Origin: an uncultured Coriobacteriales bacterium | Lineage (GTDB): Bacteria > Actinomycetota > Coriobacteriia > Coriobacteriales > UMGS124 | Assembly: GCA_903789505.1 (NCBI GenBank) | Contig: CAIFEU010000003.1 | Location: forward strand, 1 to 45,422 | DNA length: 45,422 bases | Direction: 5' to 3' | Shown: piece by piece, positions 38,964-45,422 of the stretch | How the letters are laid out: the number at the start of each line of letters is the position of its first letter | Position numbering within the stretch: position 1 is the first letter of the stretch | The notes under the pieces: generated by a model | Told to the model about the DNA's origin: nothing | What the model saw: the letters and a program-made list of their open reading frames with translations, nothing else | Databases searched by the model: none | Translations under genes and position numbers: made by a program

Positions 38964-41945
38964 GTGAATCACAGCGACAACCACCCGACGCTCTCCGAAA
39001 TCATCGTTCCGGGAACGGACGACGACGTGAGGGAGCGCTACTCCACCCTCGCCAGCCGCGCGAGGGTGGCGCAGTTCGGCCTGCTCGAGGACGACGTCAT
39101 CGTCCTGGACACCGAGACGACCGGCTTGGACTTCAAGACGTGCGAGCTCATCGAGGTGGCCGCGGCGCGCCTGCGCGGCGGCGAGATCGTCGATGAGTTC
39201 GACCGGTTCGTGCGGCCGGCGAGCCCCATCCCGTCGGAGATCGAGGGGCTCACGGGCATCACCAACGAGATGGTGGCGGACGCCGACGACGCGGCGACGG
39301 TGATGGGCGACTTCATCGAGTTCGTGGGTGACGCGCCGATGATCGCGCATAACGTGACGTTCGACCACCACTTCCTCAAGAAGGGCGCGGGACACGACTT
39401 CGGCGAGGTGTGGATTGACTCCCTCGAGCTCTCCCGCATCGTCCTCCCCTGCCTCAAGACGCACAAGCTCACCGACCTCTCGCGCGCGTTCGGGCTGTAC
39501 CAGTCGACGCACCGGGCGATAGACGACGTCCGCGCGCTGTGCGGGCTGTGGCGCGTGCTGCTGGTGGCGGCGTCCGACCTGCCCGCGGGGCTGGCGGGGT
39601 ACCTCGCCGACTTCTACCCCGAGGTGCCGTGGACGTACCGCCCCGTCTTCGCGCAGGTCGCGGCGCAGAGCCCGCAGGCCCCGTTCTCCCTGGTGGACGA
39701 GCGCGGGAGGAGGTGCGCGCGCAAGGACACGACCCCGCGCGAGGACGCGCGCGACCTGGACGAGCAGGGCCAGATGCGCTTCCCGAGCGCGCAGGAGGTC
39801 GAGGCCGAGTTCGGCCGCGGGGGCGTGGTGCGCAGGATGTACGCCGACGAGGGCTTCGAGCCGCGCGCGGAGCAGGTCAAGATGGCGCGCGCCGTGGCCC
39901 AGGCGTTCTCGAGCTCGCGGCACGCGGCGATCGAGGCGGGCACGGGCGTCGGTAAGTCGATTGCCTACCTGCTGCCCGCGGCGCTTCTCGCACAGCGCAA
40001 CGCGATCACCGTGGGGGTGGCGACCAAGTCCAACGCACTGGCCGACCAGCTCGTGAACCACGAGCTGCCCCTGCTGAGCTCGGCGATGGACAAGCCCCTG
40101 TCGTACGTGGTGCTCAAGGGGTACGAGAACTACCCCTGCCTGCGCAAGGTGCAGCACCTCGCGAGTCTGGGGAGGCGGACGGTGGCGGGCGACGAGGCGC
40201 GCCGGATGCCGCCGGGGATGCGCGAGCCGGACGAGTCGCTGCTCAACGCCATCGCGGCAATCATGTCGTTCGCGACGCAGAGCGCCGACGGCGACATCAA
40301 CTCGCTCGGCATCCAGTGGGGCAGGGTCTCGCGCTCCGACCTGACGACGTCGGTGGGCGAGTGCCTCAAGCGCCGCTGCCCGTTCTTCCCGCACCTGTGC
40401 TTCCTGCACGGCGCGCGCCGCAGGGCCGCCGCCGCGGACGTCGTCGTCACCAACCACTCCCTGCTGTTCCGGGACATGGAGGGCGACTACAACGTGCTGC
40501 CGCCCATACGCTACTGGGTCATCGACGAGGCCCACTCGACCGAGGAGGAGGCGCGCCGCCAGTGGGCGCTGCACGTCAACTCGCATGACGTCTCCGTCGC
40601 GCTGGAGCGGCTCGGCGGCACGGCCTCGGGTGCGGTGGGGATGCTGTTCCGCTCGGTCGCGGGCCTGGCGGGCAACGAGCTGATGGTCCGCTGTCTGAGC
40701 CAGGTGTCCGCGGAGGCGACCCGCGCGTCTGCCGCCGCCGCCGACTTCTTCGACCGGCTCAGGGGCATCCTTCCCGCCCAGAGGCGGCGGGGCGGGTACG
40801 ACACCGAGACCGTCTGGATCTCGCAGCAGATGCGCACCACGGAGAGCTTCTCCGCGCTCGCCCAGGCGGGTGAGGCGTTCGCCGAGCGGCTCGACATGCT
40901 GGTGAAGTTCATACGCGCGGCGGCCAACTCGATGGAGGAGGACGTCTCGAGGACCGACGACATGGAGTTCGCGGCGCGCTACGACGAGCTCGCGCACGTC
41001 GGGGACTCGCTCGAGCAGACGCTGGGGGCGCTGCGCCTGATCATCGAGGGCACGGACGACCACAACGCGTACTCGGCGTCCGTCAACCAGCAGCGGGGCT
41101 TCGAGAGCTACGAGCTGACGGCGGAGCCACTCGATGTGGGCGCGATGATGGCGCAGAGGTGGTACCCGGAGGTCAAGAGCGTCGTGTTCTCGTCGGCGAC
41201 GATAGCGGTGGGCAACGAGTTCGGCCACTTCAACCACGAGGTGGGCCTGGACAAGCTGCCGGCATCCTCCTACACCGACCTGCAACTCGACTCCAGCTAC
41301 GACTTCGACCGCAACATGCACGTCGTCGTCGCCAAGGACATCCCCGACCCGCGCGACCCGGGCTACCTCGAGGCCCTCGAGCGCGTTCTGGTGGACGTGC
41401 ACCTGGCCATGGGAGGCTCGGTGCTCACGCTGTTCACGAACAGGCGCGAGATGGACCAGGTGTACGCCGCCGTCGAGCCGCAGCTCGCGGCGCACGGCCA
41501 GCAGCTCCTGTGCCAGAAGTCGGGCTCGAACGTGCGCAACCTGCGCGAGCACTTCATCAGCGAGCGCGACGCGTCGCTGTTCGCGCTGAGGTCGTTCTGG
41601 GAGGGGTTCGATGCGTCGGGCGACACGCTGCGCTGCGTCGTCATCCCCAAGCTGCCCTTCAGGCCGCCGAGCGACCCGGTCTCCCAGGAACGCGACCTGC
41701 GGGAGGAGCACGCGTGGGTGCGCTACGCGCTGCCCGAGGCCGTCATCACGATGAAGCAGGCGGCCGGCAGGCTGATTCGCTCGTCGAACGACCGCGGCTG
41801 CCTGGTCCTGGCGGACCGGCGCCTGCTGACGAAGGGGTACGGCAAGACCTTCCTGAAGGCGCTCCCCAAGCGCGAGTATGCGGCGGTGCCCTGCGCCGAG
41901 ATCGGCGCCGAGCTCGCCGGCTGGCGCGCGAAGGCAGAGGGATAG
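38964..41945 (+). CDS. dinG: bifunctional DnaQ-like 3'-5' exonuclease / DinG-family ATP-dependent helicase
   Basis: Exo motifs VLDTETTG, AHNVTFDHHFL and HRAIDDV. Helicase Walker A EAGTGVGKS and DEAH box VIDEAHS. Cys cluster C..C..C..C for Fe-S. GTG start after AAGGAG; the 38643 start in the ORF track overlaps the GNAT gene. Confidence 0.85.
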   Translation: MNHSDNHPTLSEIIVPGTDDDVRERYSTLASRARVAQFGLLEDDVIVLDTETTGLDFKTCELIEVAAARLRGGEIVDEFDRFVRPASPIPSEIEGLTGITNEMVADADDAATVMGDFIEFVGDAPMIAHNVTFDHHFLKKGAGHDFGEVWIDSLELSRIVLPCLKTHKLTDLSRAFGLYQSTHRAIDDVRALCGLWRVLLVAASDLPAGLAGYLADFYPEVPWTYRPVFAQVAAQSPQAPFSLVDERGRRCARKDTTPREDARDLDEQGQMRFPSAQEVEAEFGRGGVVRRMYADEGFEPRAEQVKMARAVAQAFSSSRHAAIEAGTGVGKSIAYLLPAALLAQRNAITVGVATKSNALADQLVNHELPLLSSAMDKPLSYVVLKGYENYPCLRKVQHLASLGRRTVAGDEARRMPPGMREPDESLLNAIAAIMSFATQSADGDINSLGIQWGRVSRSDLTTSVGECLKRRCPFFPHLCFLHGARRRAAAADVVVTNHSLLFRDMEGDYNVLPPIRYWVIDEAHSTEEEARRQWALHVNSHDVSVALERLGGTASGAVGMLFRSVAGLAGNELMVRCLSQVSAEATRASAAAADFFDRLRGILPAQRRRGGYDTETVWISQQMRTTESFSALAQAGEAFAERLDMLVKFIRAAANSMEEDVSRTDDMEFAARYDELAHVGDSLEQTLGALRLIIEGTDDHNAYSASVNQQRGFESYELTAEPLDVGAMMAQRWYPEVKSVVFSSATIAVGNEFGHFNHEVGLDKLPASSYTDLQLDSSYDFDRNMHVVVAKDIPDPRDPGYLEALERVLVDVHLAMGGSVLTLFTNRREMDQVYAAVEPQLAAHGQQLLCQKSGSNVRNLREHFISERDASLFALRSFWEGFDASGDTLRCVVIPKLPFRPPSDPVSQERDLREEHAWVRYALPEAVITMKQAAGRLIRSSNDRGCLVLADRRLLTKGYGKTFLKALPKREYAAVPCAEIGAELAGWRAKAEG

Positions 41946-42051
41946 GCGACCGAGGGCGGTGCCTCCTCGCGACGGGGACAACGCGTGCAGTGTCGCGGTA
42001 GCGTGGGAGTGCGGATACGCCACGATGATGAAAAGTCGCTGGCAATACCGT

Positions 42052-42170
42052 ATAGACATGATGGAGTTAGGTTAGTAGAATAATCGAAGCATGCTGAAAG
42101 CATGCCAAACGGGGGATGTGGCGTATTTTTGGGGAAGGGCGATCGACCTTCGAGGTCGGTCGCCCATTTT
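42052..42170 (+). ncRNA. candidate small RNA unit: promoter + about 85-nt transcript + intrinsic terminator
   Basis: TAGACA, 17 nt, TAGAAT (42052-42080). Hairpin GCATGC-tgaaa-GCATGC at 42088-42104. 12-bp-stem terminator at 42136-42170. No convincing ORF or RBS inside. Confidence 0.3.
42136..42170 (+). terminator. rho-independent terminator
   Basis: GGGCGATCGACC-ttcga-GGTCGGTCGCCC followed by ATTTTT. Confidence 0.8.
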
Positions 42171-42387
42171 TGTGTCCTCACCCACCGCGCTTGTTGCCGT
42201 TTATGATGTATCTGCCGTGCGTACGGCGCATATTGGGCGAGTGGTATAAAATCTTCAATTTAACTATGTGAGTGTTGCTTTTTGTGCCCGACTCGTCAGT
42301 GTCGTCGATTCGCGTCGCCCACCTGCGGCGTCGTCGCGCGTTCACGACGGGGACGGCAGCTGCGGAGCACGGGAAAGGACCATAGGT

Positions 42388-44025
42388 ATGAGCGCGGATA
42401 ACACCTCAAACGAATACCAGCCGCGACCGACCTCGACATCCAACTCGGACACCGAGCAGTTCCTCGCGCTGCTTTCCTCCAGCTATCCGAACGGAGGCGG
42501 CACGGGCGCTTCGGCCGGCGCCGGCCAGCACGCTGCCCAGCCCGACGCCGGCCTCGACAGGACGGCGGTCCTCACGCCCCAGCAGGGCGGCGGCTCCGCC
42601 GCCGGCACGCCGATCAACCCCCTCGTCGCAGCGCGCGAGGCGACCGAGGCGGGAAGGGTCGCGGGAGCAACGGCGCCGACGGGCGCGGCGGCGGGTGACG
42701 CCGCCAAGGGCGTGCCCCCGATGCCCCGGCCCAACGACTCCGACCTGTTCCCGATCGCCGAGCAGGCAAAGAGCAAGGAGATCGACATATCCTTCAACGA
42801 GCGCCGCCATGCGGGCCGCATCGTCGCGCGCGTGCTGATCATCGTTGCCGTCATCGTCGTGGTCGCCGTCGGTGCGCTCCTCTTCATGCAGCACCGCGTG
42901 CGCACGCAGGTCGATGCGGGCATCTCCAGCGCGTGGTCGAGCATCTCGACCGCCGACGAGGTCATCACGCCGATGTCCGAGGCGATGTACAACGAGATCG
43001 CCAACGGCGTGGTCGACAGCGACGTCTCCAATCAGCTCGTCCAGTCGCAGACCGCCAGCAACGCGCTCAACGACGCTCAGAGCGCCGTCGCGTTCGGCGC
43101 GCTGCAGAACGCGCTGATGTCCAGCACCCAGAAGGACGCCGTCAGCGCGGTCAACTCCTCGATTGAGGGCCGCCGCAACATCATCTCCGTCGCCCGGACG
43201 CTTCTGGTGAACGACAACGCGGCGAGCAAAGCGGTCACTGACGTCAACAACGCCCTCAGCAGCATCTCCCAGGCGCTCGACCAGTACTCCTTCACGGCCG
43301 GAGAGCGCGAGAACAACGCCAACGGCGTGGAAGTCGACCTGTGGAACGTCGTGAACGCCGACAACATCGCGATCGGGCACATCAACGACGCGACGACCAG
43401 CATCGAGAGCGCCAAGTCGGAGTACTCGAGCGCCGACTACTCGGTGATCAGCACCTACCTGACTGACGCGCTCAGCTCGTACAACCTGCAGGTGCAGTAT
43501 GACACCGCGGTCGCCAACGGCGACACGGACACCGCCGACAGCCTTAGCGACCAGCTGGGCGCCTCGATCGACCTGATGTTCTCTGACGGCACGCTCCTGC
43601 CCGCCGACGGGACGGCGCTGGTCTCGAGTGCATACGCCGCCGAGGCTGCCAAGAGCGCCACCTCCTACAACGCGGCCGTGTCGATGATCGAGAAGGGGGA
43701 CGCCGCCGTCGCCTCCTACCTGAGGGACAGCGGGACGAGCGCCTCGACCTCGAGCTTCTCCGCGAACACGGTCGACGCGTCGGCCAAGGCCGACTCGGCT
43801 GCAAAGGCGGGGTCCGCCTCCGCGGACGCCGCCGCCTCCGTCGTGGCGGACGCCGCGACCGGGGAGGTGGGCGCCGCGACCCAGGCCACGACCGAGGCCG
43901 GAGGCGCGGCGGCCGACGGCGCGGCGCAGCAGGAGGCGACCGGGACGACCGAGCAGGCGACGGGCACGGATGAGCAGGCCGCGGCCGAGCCCCAGGACAC
44001 GACGACCGAGACGGCAGCGGCGTAG
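42388..44025 (+). CDS. single-pass membrane protein with disordered N-terminus and Ser/Ala/Thr-rich helical ectodomain
   Basis: ATG after GGAAAGGA. TM helix IVARVLIIVAVIVVVAVGALLF. No enzymatic motifs. Confidence 0.55.
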   Translation: MSADNTSNEYQPRPTSTSNSDTEQFLALLSSSYPNGGGTGASAGAGQHAAQPDAGLDRTAVLTPQQGGGSAAGTPINPLVAAREATEAGRVAGATAPTGAAAGDAAKGVPPMPRPNDSDLFPIAEQAKSKEIDISFNERRHAGRIVARVLIIVAVIVVVAVGALLFMQHRVRTQVDAGISSAWSSISTADEVITPMSEAMYNEIANGVVDSDVSNQLVQSQTASNALNDAQSAVAFGALQNALMSSTQKDAVSAVNSSIEGRRNIISVARTLLVNDNAASKAVTDVNNALSSISQALDQYSFTAGERENNANGVEVDLWNVVNADNIAIGHINDATTSIESAKSEYSSADYSVISTYLTDALSSYNLQVQYDTAVANGDTDTADSLSDQLGASIDLMFSDGTLLPADGTALVSSAYAAEAAKSATSYNAAVSMIEKGDAAVASYLRDSGTSASTSSFSANTVDASAKADSAAKAGSASADAAASVVADAATGEVGAATQATTEAGGAAADGAAQQEATGTTEQATGTDEQAAAEPQDTTTETAAA

Positions 44026-44142
44026 GCTGCCGCCAGACCTGCCCGCGCCCGCGCGAGGTGAGGCGTTGGCGCGGCTCGTGGCATCGACGATGACGATCCG
44101 ATGGGTCGAGGATTCGACCGTGACAGAAAGAAAGGGCCTACA

Positions 44143-45422
44143 GATGGCTGACGCGTCCGAGACGATGGAACGCCTCATGAAGGAGAACGACAGCGTGCTC
44201 GCGGGTTCCCGCCAGGAGGGGGCCATGTCCGAGTCGCTGTCCAAGACCATACACATGCATGGTCTGGAAACGATCATCCAGGACTTCAGCTACGCCGGAT
44301 CGGCGCACGTCGTCGTCGCGGCGGCGCTGGCGCTGACCACCGTGTTCTCCATCGTCAGCTGCGCGACGTCGGGCGCCGTCTCGGTCGTGATGTTCGTTCT
44401 GGCGCTCGCGTGCGCCGCGGTGGGCATCCTCGAGGCGACCGGCAGGCAGACCGTGTCGCGCCTGCTCCCGACGATGTATAGCCAGAACGTCATCGCGCGC
44501 CATCCCGCGACGCCGCACGCGGGCGGTGGGGCGCAGAAGGCGCGCCCGATCGTCATCATCGCCCACTACGACACGCCGTGTGCCGACTTCATGGCCCGGC
44601 CGGGCCTGCGCAAGCTCATCCCCTATGCCGGGAGGGCCACGCTGGTGGCCGTCGCGGTGGCGATGGCGTGCAGCCTGCTGCAGCTCCTGCCGCTCCCCCG
44701 CGTGCTCGCGTCGATTCTGTTCGCGTGCACGATCGTCGCCGGCATCATCATGGTGTTCACCGCCGCGCGCATCGTGTACAACCGCGTGCTGGCGCGCGTG
44801 ACCTCCGGCGCCAACGACAACATGTCGGGCGTGACGGCGCTGCTCGGCGTGCTTGACCGCGTCCACCCTGCAGTCGACTCGGAGTTCGTCTCTGCGGCCA
44901 TCAGGGCCCAGGGGCAGACGGGCGAGGGTGCCCCGGTGGACGGCTCTGCCCCCGCCGAGGGGGGCACCCGCGAGGGTTCCGCTGCGCCCGAGGAGGCCAT
45001 GGTGCGCGACGACGCGGAGCGCCGCAGCCGCATGCGCAGCACCCGCATCGCCAACGCTCCCGTCCGCCGCGACGCGGGCGTGCTCAGGTCGCTCGGGATG
45101 GTCCCCGAGAGCTGCGAGATCGTGTATGAGGTCAGCCCCGAGGCGCGCGAGACGGTCCTGTCCGCCCCGCTCACGCCCGCTCAGGTGAGCGCCGACAAGG
45201 CGAGCAGGGCATCGTCCGAGCAGCAGGCGGAGGAGCGTGCTGCCGAGGCTCCCGCCCCCGCCACCAGGACCGCCGCGCCCGCCGCCGAGGCCGAGGCTCC
45301 CGCTCCCGCGGCGCAGGTGCAGGCGAGCGCCGGCGACCGGCAGGGCCTCCCCTCCCAGGACCAGCGCCCCGCGCCTGCCCCCCAGCCGGCGCGCGCCCCG
45401 CAGGCCGCTCCCGCACCGAGCC
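44143..45422 (+). CDS. membrane-associated M28-like metallopeptidase (partial; runs off the window)
   Basis: Not in the ORF track because it has no stop in the window. I translated it from the ATG at 44143: several TM helices, IVIIAHYDT and GANDNMSGV motifs reminiscent of the M28 family, and a Pro/Ala-rich C-terminal region. Confidence 0.55.

Overview
This window is the chromosomal replication-origin neighbourhood of a high-GC Gram-positive bacterium. The gene order looks like Actinomycetota; Coriobacteriia is my guess and is not verifiable here.

Core genes. On the minus strand: dnaA-dnaN-recF-DUF721-gyrB-gyrA, plus purB, typA, rlmN and an FKBP isomerase. On the plus strand: rpmH-rnpA-yidD-yidC-jag-rsmG, then three perfect parS sites, then parA-parB. 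dinG, a GNAT gene and a partial M28-like peptidase lie at the right end.

Accessory or unusual content:
1. A 428-aa GHKL-ATPase / Q-Y-P-rich low-complexity / winged-HTH protein sits between the DnaA-box and AT-rich origin DNA and dnaA. Its stop is 17 nt from the dnaA start.
2. A 2.5-kb islet is bracketed by a 42-bp direct repeat of the tRNA-Ala 3' end. It has no integrase. It carries a RepA/AAA_25-like ATPase followed by four palindromic iteron-like repeats.
3. gyrB carries a single in-frame TAG at a conserved position, although TAG is clearly used as a stop elsewhere in the window.
4. A lower-GC islet encodes a MutH/Sau3AI-family restriction enzyme plus a C5-cytosine methyltransferase.
5. An intact IS30-family element with a 3-bp target duplication is inserted between rsmG and parS.
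6. Smaller items: G-homopolymer tracts at the left edge, a candidate small RNA, a 21-bp tandem repeat, operator-like palindromes, and a marked compositional break across the rnpA-to-parB block.

Most long ORFs antisense to these genes in the six-frame track are high-GC shadow ORFs and are not called. Gene starts were re-picked by eye from RBS context and are less certain than stops.
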